From Daphnia carinata (taxonomy: Eukaryota), in assembly GCF_022539665.2 (NCBI RefSeq), contig NC_081333.1:8804001-8868000 (forward strand): 64,000 nucleotides of DNA. Direction: 5' to 3'. Under the pieces are notes generated by a model. That model saw only the letters and a list, made by a program, of their open reading frames with translations. It did not search any database and was not told the origin of the DNA. The position numbers were made by a program, and so were the translations under genes. Positions 27,701 through 41,948 of the stretch are shown here, one piece after another (position 1 is the stretch's first letter; each line of letters opens with the position of its first letter).

Positions 27701-30700
27701 ATGGAGCTTGTTGCTATATATGTAGGTTACAGATGGATGTATTTCGTTCTCCTTGGTCATGTTTTTATTTTGGCCAGTGCGTCACGGTAGCCGGTCAAAC
27801 GTCCACGGACACCAGGACACGTTCAATCCGGTTTTCATCCATCCGAAATATGCAAGAAAGGGGACCCTTGTTTTTATTGTTTTTTCATCATCTTCATCTC
27901 GTTTCCACTGCTTTTATTTTTGTTTATTTTTGCTTTTATGCAATCGGCGTTGGTGGGATTGCGATGTCCATAAATCGATGACAGCACCAAACTTGTCAGA
28001 GCTGAGGTCGTTTGGTTGAAGACGACTTTCTTCTTAGAGGACGCTTTCGATTGGATTTTGATGCCATAAAAAGAGGATATCTAGAAATCCGGGAGAAAAG
28101 AGCAACCGACAAATTCAAACAAAAATGACCCAGTGCAAGTGGATTTGCTCTGATTGTGACCCCGATTTTCTTCCCTGGAGCCGGCGGTCGCGTTATAACA
28201 ACACGGTAGAATTCTTATGAAAACAAATAAGATGGAGAGATTTGGCACGACTATCCGCCTACATTTTGTTTTTCCCCCTTCTACCATGTTCTGCAATGAA
28301 AACAGATGAGCTAATCGCAATGACGCGGTGTGAGGCCATTAAGCCAAACACGTTGAAATCCAATGAGCAATCGATCCAGCGTTTGACGTGGTGAGCAATT
28401 TTGCTGTAGGAAACGCAAACTGGGGCAACAGCGAATATAAAGCAAGTGATTTGTAGGTTTAACAAACGTCGTAAAATGAACAAATTTCAAAAGGCTTCCG
28501 CAATTTTCGCGACAAGTGATCGCTGGCAATTTGGGGTAGACTTGTCAGAGAAGAAGTACCTTTCTATTGCTGCTGATTGTGGTTTTTCTTTGACTTGGAA
28601 AAATTTGAAGTGAACACAAATAAAAAAAAAGAGCAGGTGCGCTGCCTTATAAAAACCGAATGCATTGCGATGAAAAGAAGCCAAACAGGTAAGGAAAGTG
28701 CGCCAACCATTTTGGGTCCCCTCGTAATTTGATATTTTACGACGCTTCCGTTGATTGGATTTGGTACCCGCCAACACCTTATTCGTAATGGTCCACTATG
28801 CGGCGCCCGACCTACTGTCATCGTCCCAACGGCGTGACCCCCATTCCGGTTAGTGGGGCTCTTTTTTTTTTTTTTTTTTTCTTTGACCAAAGAATGTCAA
28901 GAAAAAAAAAAAGAAATTATGAAAGAAGCCCTAAGAGTTTGCGTAGCCCTTTTTTTTTTAAGGGAACAGCCTGTAAAAAAAAAAACCCAATGCTTTAAAG
29001 CTTGTCTGCCATTATGGATAGACTATTTGCAGTGGCTGAGTAACGCTGGCCAACTGGAAATGGCCAAACTATAAGGCTCTTAAGTTCTGAACGTGGAACG
29101 TGCGATGGAAGAAACGACGAAAGCTTAGTAAGAAATGAGAAGTAAAAGGGAAGAAGAAGAAGAAGAAGGAAAAGATAGACCAGAGCGAAACGGTCACTCC
29201 ACTGACCCACATCCGTGTAGCCAAGAAAAACAACAACAAAAGTGTGGCTCATCATCGTGAGCTGTGCGTTGCTAACGTGCAAGAAGCGAAACCAGTTTGC
29301 CGGCGTTTGTTTACTATACGAATTGTAGTGCAGCAGCGCGTTTACAAGACCTTTTACCAGTTACTTGCACTTGACACTCGTACACGACGATGACGCCAAC
29401 AGTTTCTGGAAAACATTCATCACTCTCACGATACATCTCCCACCCGCACAGGTCACCTCCAAACTTGTCGCTATTCCACATTTCATAAGGGCATTGATTT
29501 TTTGTTTACTCTTGACTCAATCGGGACATTGAGTTGGTTACGCCTTCATCTCGTTACGCTGAAAAAGTATGGAATGACCGGTGCTCGTAATGGTACATCG
29601 CCATCATACGTCATCCCCATAATAACTGTTAGTGGATGGTCGGCCCATCAACGGCAGGGAAAGTTGGCCTAGCATTTCAGTTCGGTCTAATCACCTGCTC
29701 AAACTATTTAATGTATGCTTTTATGTAGTAATCTTTCCCCCCTTAAATGTTGGAATGTTTGTCGTTACGTCTACCCCTTTATGTCATTACGTGTCTCTGG
29801 GAAGTCTATAGTACAATTGAATTCTTTTGATGGCCGTTTTAGACGGGCCGCATATCAGTCTGTGCCTGGAATTCATCAGACAATTATCTTGAACGCCTTT
29901 GCGGCTCATTAATGATAACCATTTTTTTCCTTGAGTTTTTGAAATTGTTGTCGACCCCAATCGATAACGTAATCAACAATCTCTGAAATAAATGGATTTA
30001 CTGATGAAGAATTTATGCGATAAAAGAAAGAAGGTATGTGTACAGTTAGTCAATACAAATTTACGCTTGATCGTTTTCAAAATGATTCATTCCGATTTTT
30101 GGCAAGCGATGGTAAGGAACGGTCACGTTCATACGGGACTGCTTTGTACAGATTCAGGCCCGGGCGGTTCCCCGCCACAAGTCTTTTATGGATCATCAAC
30201 CGTTTTGCCTTGACTTTGCGTGTCGGAGTTGTTTGCTCGTAGAAGCTGGTAGGAGACAATGCATAAAAATGCATCAAAAAATATTATAAAAGAACCATAA
30301 AAGAAAAGAAAAGAAAAAGTAGAAACCACTCCCGGCGACTTTAAAGAGATAACTCGCCCTCCTGCAGTGTGGCAGTTCTTGTCGTGTTCCTTTCTCCTTT
30401 TGATCGTCTTTCCCTGCTGGCTGTGTCGTCCGTCAAACAAGCGGCCTCATTTAGTATTCACGATCGTTTTTCGTTTCTCTCCACAAATCCCGTGACATTC
30501 TTTTACATTAAAGGCCTCTTAACTTTTCTTTTTTTCTTTTTTCACAAGGAATTTATTATTTTTTCTGTGAGACAAAGTAGTAATCTAATTATTGTATTAC
30601 ATACACAATAGATGTGTGTGTTCCTATCGTTACACTGATCAGTTCCGGAAAGGGAGGAGCTCTCGGCCACGCACTAGTCATTAACGTCCAGCACAAGTAT

Positions 30701-31919
30701 GTATTGTACACGCTGCAGCTGCTATAGAAAAGTGGCAACACACGCAAAAAAAGATTCACAAAATATGAGATTACTCCTCCCTAGACCTGCGAGAAATTCG
30801 TTACAATAGTGATGGGAGGGGTTCCTTGATAAGGAAGTCCTCCAGCGTTTTTTTTTTTTCTCTTACAAAAAGCAAGCGCGCGCGCGAGCGATTCACGTGC
30901 ATAATTAAACAGGAGAAAAGCTTGCATCTAAAAAAACTTCGAGTTTGGAGCGGTGCGATGACGCCCGGCCACAGGCTACACGTACCGATTTTAGAATATA
31001 GAAAGCTTATTCTTTCCACCGTGTTTCTTGGTTCAAAGAATCTCTCTCTCTCTCTCTTGAGGTTGCCTTTATGATGATTATATATATACTGTACTGTACT
31101 ACTACCATCGTCTAGCACACACACACACCCACCATATCGTGATGTGTGTGTGTGTGTGTGCCGCACAATGTCTCACGTACATTTTTTTCAGGGGGAGGTA
31201 TTTGTTTGTAACACATCGGCAAGAAGAAAATGAAGGGGAAAAAAACAAAAAACAAAAAACAAGATTAACACCTTCGTTTCGTGGTTGTGACAGTTGCGGT
31301 GCAACAACAAAAATCTTCTGCTCTACTCGAGAATTGTTCCAGATTTGTTTTTTTTTTGCCCCGTTTTCCCTTCGCCTGATTGTCTATATGCATTTGAGAT
31401 TTTTATGTGTCGCGTGGAGGCGTGAAAAAATAAAAAGCCGGCCGGCTGCTAAAAAGAAATCGAAGCGGAAGCCGCTAGCCTTTTTCCAACATTACCTGTA
31501 ATAACACGGTGCGAGTTATTTCCCGACATTTTTCTTTTTCGAGCGGGAGATTCAAAAAAAAGAATGCAAACATGACCATACTAGGCAACGAGTCTTCATG
31601 GGAGATGGAAATTGAAAGTTCGCAGCATCAGCAGACAGTCCGCACAACATATATAGGGCATATCTTTGTTACTTTGGATGTTTGAGAGTGGATGTTCTCT
31701 AGCCGGTTGTTGCACTCTATACGTGTTTCTAACAAGAATGACTCTCTTTTGCTGCTTCCTTTTTTAAGTTTTATTCAGCACCCGAGTCTGCGATGACGAC
31801 GCTTATCGCCTCCCGCTTATTGTTCCAAAGCCTTTACATCATAGGCCTTTTTCAAAACGAAAAAAAAAGAAGGGAGGAAAAAAAACGATCAAATTCCAAC
31901 CGGTGAATGACTGACTTGC

Positions 31920-31991
31920 CTTGGCTGCATGCTCAAAGCCAGACGGCCCATCCGGCAGAGCTTGACCTAGATTTTCACTCGGCACGGGCAT
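31920..31991 (-). CDS. Candidate first coding exon (MPVPSENLGQALPDGPSGFEHAAK, 24 aa) of an unidentified large minus-strand gene
   Basis: ATG at 31991 and a phase-0 AAG|GCAAGT donor after 31920. Upstream is a plausible 59-nt intron, GTAAGT (32137) to AACAG (32079), matching local intron size. No homology recognised. Confidence 0.3.
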
Positions 31992-34900
31992 GTTGTATTC
32001 AACCTGTTGGGGTTCGTCTCGTTTTGGGCTTCGTCCTTCGTCTCTTTCCGTGTTAAGCACGCCAAGGGTGTAAGGTACCTGTTGATATTCAGCTGAATCA
32101 TTCCCATATCTTTTTTTTTTCTCTCTCTCTCACTTACTATGTATCTCCGCCCGTCCTTTTTTTTTTCTCTAACCAGAAATTACAACCCGTCAGTATGACA
32201 CACTGATACGCTCTTTCAAAAAGGAATGGCCGGGACGCGTAACATCGAGACCTGAATGACGTCATTTCCTAATTGTTTATGGTTCACTTCATCGAAGAGA
32301 ACAAACTTCAAACTCTTCCTCCTACAGCAACTGCTGATTTGGCCGATCAGCTAAAAAAATTCGTGATAGGTGTGCCGATAGCTCGGGTTTACCTAGCTTG
32401 ATAGATTCGTGGAACACAAGTTACGTGTAAAAAAAAATCAGAAAGATTGCAAGAAAAAATTTAATATATAAGGTAAGAAATTTGAAATAGCGCCGACATG
32501 TTATTGTCGTGATATGGATCAACGGGGAGTGGCACGGATCCCACAGGCAATTTTCCCAGTATTCTTTCTCTCTTCCTCTCACGCCTTTCGCGTGCGGACA
32601 GGTCTAAGTGACGAGGCAAAAGAAGAATCGTGACAGCGAAACTGCAAAGCCGCACGCTGCGTACGTCTCCTTGCCACAGCGTCGGATTGCTGGGCATCCT
32701 AGTTCGTGCCAAGCCCAAACCAACACAATCGACATTGTTAAAAAATAAAAGTTTAGATCAGCAAACGAGCAAATTTTTTTCTGATTTTGGCACATTTTGT
32801 GCATTGGGTTACATGCGGAAGAACCGCAAGTTTTCGTACCAAGAAGGAACTGTTTGACGTCCACCTTCTATTAAAGTCCTCTAGCGCAGTGGATAATCGT
32901 GTCGAATCCTCATGTCATGTCTCGACCTAACGCCGCTGAGATATATTTGATTCTTAACTGCGGTATTGTCGGCAACGTCTTGCCTTACCCGCCGTCCCCA
33001 TTTTCGTTCAAAACGTGTGGATATCTTTTGGTCAACATTTTTTTATCACGATGTTTGACAAGCAGTCGGTTTTCCTTGGTTTTCCTACGAAATTTGATAA
33101 CCATCAAATAGTAGGCATTCCGTTCTATTTATACCAGCATATCAAGCAATTGCTTTTCTCTGGAAAGCTGGACGTCAGCTATCTTTTATCACGAACGACG
33201 AGAAGGATTGTTCGTGATAGTCTCACGAGCGCGCACCAGGTGGATGTACTAGAAAGAAGCCTAGTCAAACTTCCAACTTGCATTTTCTCTTTCATTTTTT
33301 TTTTTTATCTTGGAACGAATAGAATGCTTCATTTAACTATGACAGGAAAGCGTACGCGCACAGGTAATCAGCTGGTACGTAGCGTTACAAGTGCACATAA
33401 TACCTCCCGATTCGCATTAATTTATTCAACGCAAAAAAAAAAAAGAATTTTGGTTTTTTTTTTCGCTGATGCAAATGTTAACGAACCTAACGTTAACGGC
33501 ATCATTTCACGGAGCATAATGAAGCGCGAGGGTTGATGGCTAGTTTTCTTTTGCGCTGGCAATGACTTTCGTTTACGGCGGACGTGAAAACGCGGCATAG
33601 TCAAACGGTGTTCGTTGCGCTGTTAAGCAACGGCAACAAAAGATTCCCCGCAGATTTGAGCTCGCCTTGTTTTCACATACTATATACACAATCTTCTTCA
33701 ACTTCAAATTTTCTTTTTTTTTTAAAAAAAAAAAAGACCCGACGTCGTAAAAAAGTTGACACGATTTTTCTACCTCGTTGTAGCGGGTCCCGCCGTAATA
33801 TTCGTTTACTGCTTTGTTTTAACTAACAACGGAACCAGTTGTGTGTGTATGTCTATAAGTTATTGGGGCCATGGATATATGGGCATTAGTGACAAAGTTT
33901 TATTGGACACTTTGTTTATTTTTAAAGGTGAAACTATATGGAATATTTTTCACATCTTCCCCTACGTCAAATGTGCACCTTTTTATAACGGCTTCATCCG
34001 TCATGGTCGTGTTTCACAGTTGATTCCATTCCTGTCTGGCAAATGGGGGAAAGGTAAGATAGTGTATTCATCTCGAGGCAAAAAGTTTGCCCTTCTTTTG
34101 TTTTTTTTTTCTATTATTTCGTCTGTTGTTATTTTAGGACGCCTTCGGTCATTTCAATAAAAATTGCCCATTCCGGGGGAAGTAGAGCTACGTGTTCAAC
34201 TTTCTCGTCATTTTTGTTTGACGTACAGGCGTCTCTATCGCAAAGAATCGGTGCATCCAAGGTATTCCAAAACGACGGGGTGTTTGTGTAACAGTTGACT
34301 GTTTGTCGTAAAAGTTTTGGTTTTTTTTTTAAGAAAATAGGTTGCCGATCTGCTCAACATGTCAAAAAAGAAAAACAAGTGGCTTGGCGATAACGTCAGA
34401 AACTAGCGAGCAAAGAGAACGAAGGTAAACCAATAAGTAAACATGGAATCAGTTTGTGTATCGACTTATCTAAACCCAGTGATCTCGTTTGTTTCCCTGA
34501 CAGACATATCGATGATTGAATCTCGATTCCTTTCCATGTTGCATCGATGGTGGACTATATTTCTTTGTTCTTGATCTTTTTTTCAGTCTAAGAAGAGAGT
34601 TCAAATTCAGGTCTGCCCGAAGAATAACATCGCAAAGTAGTAAGTGTTTTTAAGTCGATCAGGAGTATTAGCATATCAAGGAGCCTAGACAAAATTATCA
34701 AGCTGGATTATCGATGAAAAAGCACATCTTATTTTTATCATTTTGTTGCGTTGTCTCGTGGATATATCAGTTGACATCGAACGATGTATACCAAATTTGT
34801 TTGTCCAAGTCACGAGACTGATAAAAATAAGAAAAGCATGACATGCTTTTTTAAAAACAGCTATTAACAAGTAAATAATAAGCTTCACAAAATTGCAAAA

Positions 34901-35094
34901 TCTGCGTACAGTTGGTCGTGGTTTAACAAGAGGGACAATCGAAATAGCCAAATGATTCACTCCCCACGTCTTTTATTTTGAAATAGAATGTGGACAAACC
35001 TGGTTAATAACATTGTAATAAAACAATGGCCTGTCACAAATTAGGTTTTTTTTTCATCTACAAAGAATAGCTTGGGAAGTGTCGTCTTTCGTGT

Positions 35095-37805
35095 TTAGTG
35101 ACGTCTCTCTTTCTTGGATTTCCAATAAGCGTTTGCACATTCTTTTGCGGTTTCTGGGTCGACGGTTCTCGGTCCGGCCTTATCCACCGTTATGGTGTAA
35201 TACTACGAAGAAAACTCCTCATTAATCAAGCCGAACTAACTGCTATTTCCACTAGTCAATAGTTACCAAAGAATAATCGTTCTTAACGCTCCAGTATTTA
35301 TTGATGGCCATAAACTCTTTCTTTTCATGGGTGTAGGCAGGCCATTTCGGAATGCCTTCCCTCATCGTCACTCCGTCTGGTGTCGGCTCTCTAGTAACGC
35401 ATGTGTGTCAACATAAAGGATAGTGATTTTCAAAAGATTTGCAACATTTGAAACTCACCCGTATGTGGCAAAAGTGGTCCACACTTCAATCATTTTCCTT
35501 GACAAGTCGATCTCCGTTTCGTTGTGGGGAATCGGCATCGTGAATAGGTACATGATTTCATCGGCGTGCATGACACCTGTACGTTGAGACAATTTAATAA
35601 AACGACCGAGGGAATGGGCTGGGAATGTTACCTTACCGCGGGGCAGAGTCTCGTCAGCTCCAATCAAACTGACTTTGCCGAAAAAGTCAAATGAATACCA
35701 ATAAGCGTGAGGGTTGTATTTGGTGTGTAGCAGCACAGTTTGCCAGCCACCGGCCTTCAGGAAAAGTGCGCCACAAATCTGGATAGAAACACGTAGAACA
35801 TTTTTAAATTTTACCTTACGAAAGGGAACCTTAGTGTAAACTTACGTCTATCAATCCATTGATCATGGCTGTATAATTTCCCATTTGACACGAATCAACT
35901 GCATAGCCCAGGTACTTTGAAATCAGCGCATCCGACAAAGCGCTCGTGTCATCGCGAACACCTATAGCGTTAATCGAAATTAAATGTTACGAATAAATTG
36001 TAAATAATCGATATTTTCGATTCTTACTTAAAGCGCCTAGAATGACTCGAACTACGTCGAACTTGAAAAAGTCTTCGTTTTCCATAAGGTTGTTGGGTTG
36101 GATGTATCCGTCTAACATCATATCGAATGCCATGATGCCCTCGCCTTCATTGGCACCAAACAGAATGTGCGCGTCCGTCATGTATTGTCCACTTTCAATC
36201 AGTTGTCTCGGTTCTGCTGTCAAATATTTTTCTTTTCCGGCAACTTGGATGACGGGTGATTGCCCTCCGAAACCAAGCCCTCCATTTTTCTCGTCTTCGT
36301 TCTGAAAATACGCAAACGTTTTTATTACAGGCAAAGCTATACAAAAGGAAATGCACTGACCGAAAACGCGCCCTGAGCGCGTTTCAGCTCAATGGGATCT
36401 ATGGTTCGCAAGCAGTGCAGCAGGTCAGCATAAGGTTCCAGCGGGCAACCGGTCAGTTCAGCAATTCGATAACCGTGTTTGGAGGCATTGCGATCGAGGG
36501 CCCAGTCAGTTAGCATAGAGCCAGATTCGGCAATGGCATATCTAAACAGACCTGTAGTTAAAGAGAGAAATATTATCAGTAAATAATGACGGTTGAATCA
36601 AATGTAATCAGTTGTTTTTGTTTGTGTTTGTTCGTTAACCTTCTTCTTTTGCTTGAGGGGCTAGAAGGAGGAAGCCAACACTTGCTGCTCCGGCGCTTTC
36701 TCCAACAATGGTGACCTTGTCCTTATCACCACCGAAGTATTTGATGAACTTTTGTACCCAACGTAAAGCTTCAATTTGATCAGCCATGCCAGCGTTTCCG
36801 GGAATTTCATCCGTGTCTAGACACAGGTATCCTATTCCGAGAAAAATGTAATCAATCATACAAGTCGATATATATTGATAAAGCTGTCATTTGAATCAAT
36901 TTCACAGTTAGGCGGTTCTATGGAAACCAGTTGTTGTAACAGCTTACCAAGAGCACCAAGACGGTATTGAATTACAACCATAACGACATCATGTGCCATA
37001 AAGGTGTTAGGCTCGTAGATAATACTTTGACCCTAAAACATAAGTGAATAGGTCAAATTAAATTACTTAATTCATCCACATGCTGTTTCCCTCGATAAGC
37101 TTACGTATGCGAAAGAACCTCCGTGAATCCAGACCATAACGGGCAGCAAGTTGTCATAACTGGTATTAGGATCAGATGCGTTACCCGGGAACTAGAAAAA
37201 GCATAGTGAATATTAAGAAAATCGATTTAGACAAAGAAATCGAATTAAGTAAAACCAAGGTTACCATAGGAGTGTAAACGCTAAGGATTAGGCAATCTTC
37301 CAATGCATTATCGCTGCCTTGTGCGCATCTATAGAATCAAATATAATTTTTGAAACCAACTGAAACCGAAGTGTTTAAATTTAGATACCCTGGTGGCAAA
37401 TCGATCGAGTTGTAGATTTCGTCATCAGGATAGGGATAGTTTGATGCAACAGGAGGCTGATTACATCACATGCAAAAGTTTAAATGGGTTAGGTATTCAT
37501 CGCTTGTTCTTCACGCATTATTATCACCAGTTACCAGAAATCTTGTCTCGTAGGTGGGTTTGGCGGCGTAATGGAAATAACGGAAGGAATAAAACGGCTT
37601 GCGAGGTTCATACCAGGACGTACTTAGGTTTCCTGCACGAATTTCCCATGTACATTTATACGTCGCTAAACTGATGGAACGCCAACTTACCATAACCACC
37701 CATGACGGCCTTTGCGTAGCCTGGCAATTCCATGATGAACGGTTCCGAGTAACATGGCGCAGCCAGGTAGGCTGCTACCAACACACATAACGCCGCGAAT
37801 TTCAT
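35095..37805 (-). CDS. Secreted carboxyl/cholinesterase (type-B carboxylesterase), tandem copy 1; 14 exons, 593 aa
   Basis: Exons reconstructed by hand at GT-AG junctions: 37805-37691, 37632-37535, 37456-37389, 37328-37265, 37191-37105, 37032-36948, 36831-36640, 36551-36361, 36301-36028, 35961-35846, 35778-35637, 35576-35459, 35390-35267, 35202-35095 (1782 nt, in frame). Signal peptide MKFAALCVLVAAYLAAPCYS. Family motifs EDCLILSVYTP, LPVMVWIHGGSF, QYRLGALG, GNAGMADQIEALRWV, FGGD. Catalytic triad GESAG (Ser), GANEGEG (Glu), GVMHADE (His). Ends ...AYWKSKKERRH*. Confidence 0.95.
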
Positions 37806-38662
37806 GTCTGCCTACCAGTACGAATTCGTTCGTAGTCCCGCACTTTCGTTTGCAGCATTTACTTTTTGATGGGATCCATACTCGCTATCGTTTATTTGTT
37901 CTATTTTAGAGTCTGTTTGACAAGTAGAGGAAGATATGGAACGTTTTCGTCTATTGATCGACACTCCCTTTGCATTATCGATGTTGATTCACATATGCTA
38001 CGTTATCACGTGTAAGGATGTTTTATTTACCTGTCGTTTTGAAATGAAACTTTCGTCTCGAATTCTAAATGTAAAGCTAATTTTTATTGCTTCGCAGTTA
38101 CAGCATCGTTAAGGGAATCTCGGAAAACTGTTCTAGCGTTAGATGAAACTCGTTATGCGAAACATAAGCAGCTAAAACCGTTTGTTAGGTTAATGTCAGC
38201 GAATTCGTTTTTTAGAAATCATATTATAGTTTACCATTCTCTAAGCTTGCAATCGTACGAGCTGATAAGTTATCGAATCTCCTATGATTACATAAAATGT
38301 ATTATAAACTAAAGAAATATGAATTCTTCATAAAACTAAGCAATAGGAAAATTAAAATTAAGGAAGAGAACGAAAACGGTGGAGAAGGATCGGAGCTAAA
38401 ACCATATCGTTTATCGTACCCTTCCTTTTGCACCTTTCCTTGAGAAAAAAGGCAGTACGTTTTCTTTTAGTTGGTGGCCTCACCCCAGACCTTAATGACA
38501 TACAAAATTTTCTCCGCTTGCGTTACAGATTTTATTTTGGTATTTACTTTGTCCATGGCCAAGACAAGGGAAAGGGTAAGGTTTAAAGAAAATGTAAATC
38601 TGACAAAGCTAGCAGTTTTTACATTTTAATGTCATTTATTCAGGCAGTTATGTAACAACCGT

Positions 38663-41600
38663 TCAAGCAAAGCGTCTCTCTCTTTTTGATGCCCAATACT
38701 CGTTGGAACATTTTTCAGCGGATTCACGATCGATGGACCTCGGCCCTGCCTTGTCTACCGTAACGGTGTAATACTGTAACCAAAAGCCCCCAGCATTAAT
38801 TTCAGGTAAAATCAAACATTAATTTTGTTAAATAATTACCAGCGAATAGTCATTTTTGACACTCCAATATTTGTTGATCGCCATAAACTCTTTTTTCTCG
38901 TGGGTGTAGGCTGGCCAGTGCGGAATACCTTCCCTCATTGGCACTCCGTCTGGTGTTGGATTTCTGTGGCGTTTAAAACTTATTGTAATCACTGGGTAAT
39001 CATATTAAGTTTATTTTTAAATCTTGCCCGTATTTGGCGAACGTTGTCCATACTTCTAACATTTTCCTGGATAACTCGATTTCGGTCTCGTTGTGCGGGA
39101 TGGGCATTGTGAACAGGTACATGATTTCGTCAGCGTGCATCACACCTGTGCATTTTTCATGCAAATTGGTAAATTAAATTGCTTGTAACTGATAACACGA
39201 AGTAGATAACCTCTCGGAAGAACTTCATCAGACGAGATCAAGCTGATTTTTCCAAAAAAGTCGAAAGAATACCAATAAGCGCTGGGATTGTACTTTGTGT
39301 GAAGTAACACTGTTTGCCAGCCACCAGCTTTTAAGAATAAGACGCCGTAAATCTAGGAAAAGCAGAACAAAAATTATTACCTTCAATAAATTAATAGCAC
39401 ATTTTTCTTACATCAATGAGACCTGGAATCATGACTGTAAAATTTCCCATTTGACAAGACTCGATGGCGTAGCCAAGATATTTAGTAGTCAGTGCATCCG
39501 CCAAAGCTCCAGTATCATCGCGGACACCTGCCCAATTAATTTTACTGATCACAGCACTAACCTCGCCTTTAATTAGGAGCAATTTTGCGTTTACCAAGTG
39601 CACCGAAAACGACTCTAACAGCGTCATATTTCCAGAAGTTTACGTCGCCATCCAGACCATTTGGCCTGATGTACCTGTTTAACAGTAAATCGAACGCCAT
39701 AATGCCTTCACCTTCATTAGCACCGAACAAAATTTTGGCCTCTGTCATGTATTCTCCTCTTTCAATCAAGGCTTTTGGCTCATCCGTAAGATATTTTTCT
39801 TTTCCGGCCGTTTGGATAATGGGAGATTGGCCACCAAATCCTAGCCCACCGTTCCTTTCGTCTTCTCTCTAATATCATTTAATAAATAGTCATTTTCTAA
39901 TCTCAATCAAGGATTGAAAAAAACTATACCGAATATTGTTTTTGAGCTTGACGAAGCGTGTAAGCGTCAAGATTCCTCAGACAATGCAACAACACCTCGT
40001 AAGGTTCCAGTGTGCAATTTGTGAACTCTGCGATTCTCATTCCGTTTTTCTTAGCATTACGATCCAATGCCCAGTCAGTCAACATTGAGCCAGATTCGGC
40101 AATGGCGTGATGAAAAAATTCTGTGTAGTCAAGATTTACACGTTAATGGTAAATATATTCAAAGTTTTTGGGATTGTACTGACTTTCATTTTTCGCTTGA
40201 GGAGCAAGAAGTAGGAAACCGACACTTGCTGCTCCGGCGCTTTCGCCAACAATAGTAACGCAATCTTTATCACCACCGAAATATTTGATGAATTTTTGGA
40301 TCCAGCGTAAAGCTTCTATTTGGTCAGCCATGCCAGCATTTCCAGGTATTTCATCCGTTTCCAGCGATAAGAATCCTGGTGAATAAGAATGTCAATTCCT
40401 TCTTTAAAAATTGATGCATTCGAACGCGATTTTCAGTTTACCAAAAGGACCAAGACGGTATTGGATGACTACCATAACAACATCGTGAGCCATAAAAGTT
40501 TGTGGTTGGTAGGTTATACTTCGACCCTAAAGTGAGAAATTGAGTTTTTAAAACAAAGGTTTTTCAGTTTGTTGCAAGTTTGTTTACATATTCGAAAGAA
40601 CCGCCATGAATCCAGACCATAACGGGCAGCAAATCGTCATAAGTAGTAGAAGGATCGGAAGCATTGCCAGGAAACTGTAAACATACAATCAAACAATTCA
40701 TCAATGCAGAAAAGGCTAAACATCTTGCAGCTTCTCAAGTATGTTAATTTGTGTGTGAGTGGCAATCGACTACTCTTCAGCAAACAAGTAAAAAAATTGT
40801 GAATTCAAAAATGCGCTATTGTGTGTGTTCTGCGTTACTTGCAATATTTGAATTTACTTATCTTTTGGCTATACGGTACTCCGTGATTAATCTAAGGGCT
40901 AACAAGCAATGTAACCCGGGCATGCGTCCTTGCCTCAAGCAGGTGGGTGCTAAAAAAGCAATGTATCACCTTTTTGCACACTGCACCAAAATCTTCAGGG
41001 GTGAGGGATAGAAAATTTCATGATGGCCGCCTTTTGAGAACCCTTTCCCCTGTATCGAGGGCGTATTGTTCCTTACTGATACTGCTGATCCAGCAGTCTC
41101 TTTCCTGCCTTCTCACTGAATGGTCGCTTTCTGCCGTAAATTCAGTGTTAGTTGGTAAAACCTAAGGTAAAATTTGCTGGTTCAATGTGCAACTAGACAA
41201 TCGTTCCACGCATATTCAGCTCTGGAACTGCCTTGTGTGTTTCTTTACAACACGTTTCGTAAACACACTTCTACCGATTTTCGACAGGTAATCTCCTTTT
41301 GCTTTTTGAAATATCTCATGCAGTTATTGTTTGAAATTAGGGAACGATGCGTGGTAAAGATCTGCCTGCCGAATTTGTTTTTCGTATCCTTTACGAGACA
41401 CTTGTACTAATTGTTGATGTCACGGACGTATTAGTGAAACAGCGTACTGCGTTAAATCGGGTACGTTACGTACCTTGGGTGTGTAGACAGAAAGGATGAG
41501 ACAATCTTCCCCTCCATTCTCGTCACCTTGGTAACATTCTGGTGGGGCATCGATAGAGTTGTAGATTTCGTCATCTGGGTAAGGGTAATTAGAAGGAACT

Positions 41601-41948
41601 GGAGGCTAGTTGTACAGGAAATAGATTTGGTTAACCAGATCCGTTACTATCATCAATGTCATGTTTTAAATTACCAGAAATCGCGTCTCGTTAGTCGGCT
41701 TGGCAGCATAATGGAAATAGCGGAAAGAGTAAAACGGACGTTGTGGGTCGTACCAAGATGTACTGAGGTTTCCTGTTCATCGTGACAGTGTTATTTGATT
41801 GTTTCACTTAGAATCAATTAGTTGGTTTACCGTATCCTCCCATAACAGCCTTCGCATAGCCAGGCAATTCAATAATGAAGGGGACACAAAAACAAGGCCC
41901 TGCCCAGTAGGCAATAGCTAAAATACATGGCACCGCGAATTTTACCAT
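38663..41948 (-). CDS. Secreted carboxyl/cholinesterase, tandem copy 2; 13 exons
   Basis: ATG at 41948 (MVKFAVPCILAIAYWAGPCFC). Exons 41948-41831, 41772-41675, 41605-41474, then a 799-nt intron, 40674-40588 ... last exon 38773-38663. Motifs HGGSF, GESAG, GANEGEG and GVMHADE are intact. GC-AG intron at 39027-38964. Ends ...EYWASKRERRFA*. Confidence 0.93.

Larger units (their letters stand above)
1..34500. other. Large non-coding tract (probable 5' introns / cis-regulatory region of a gene extending left of the window)
   Basis: The ORFs are short and mostly low-complexity (F/K-rich from homopolymer runs), with no recognisable domains. Consensus minus-strand donors occur near 4143 (CAG|GTAAGA), 11335 (CG|GTGAGT) and 26236 (CG|GTGAGT). 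Confidence 0.55.

Noticed and set aside
183..34160. Dozens of 60-170 aa ORFs in the ORF track across the first 34 kb
   Set aside because: Dominated by F/K/C/V runs translated from poly-T/A and (GT)n tracts, many starting at TTG/GTG, with no domain similarity; consistent with chance ORFs in non-coding eukaryotic DNA.
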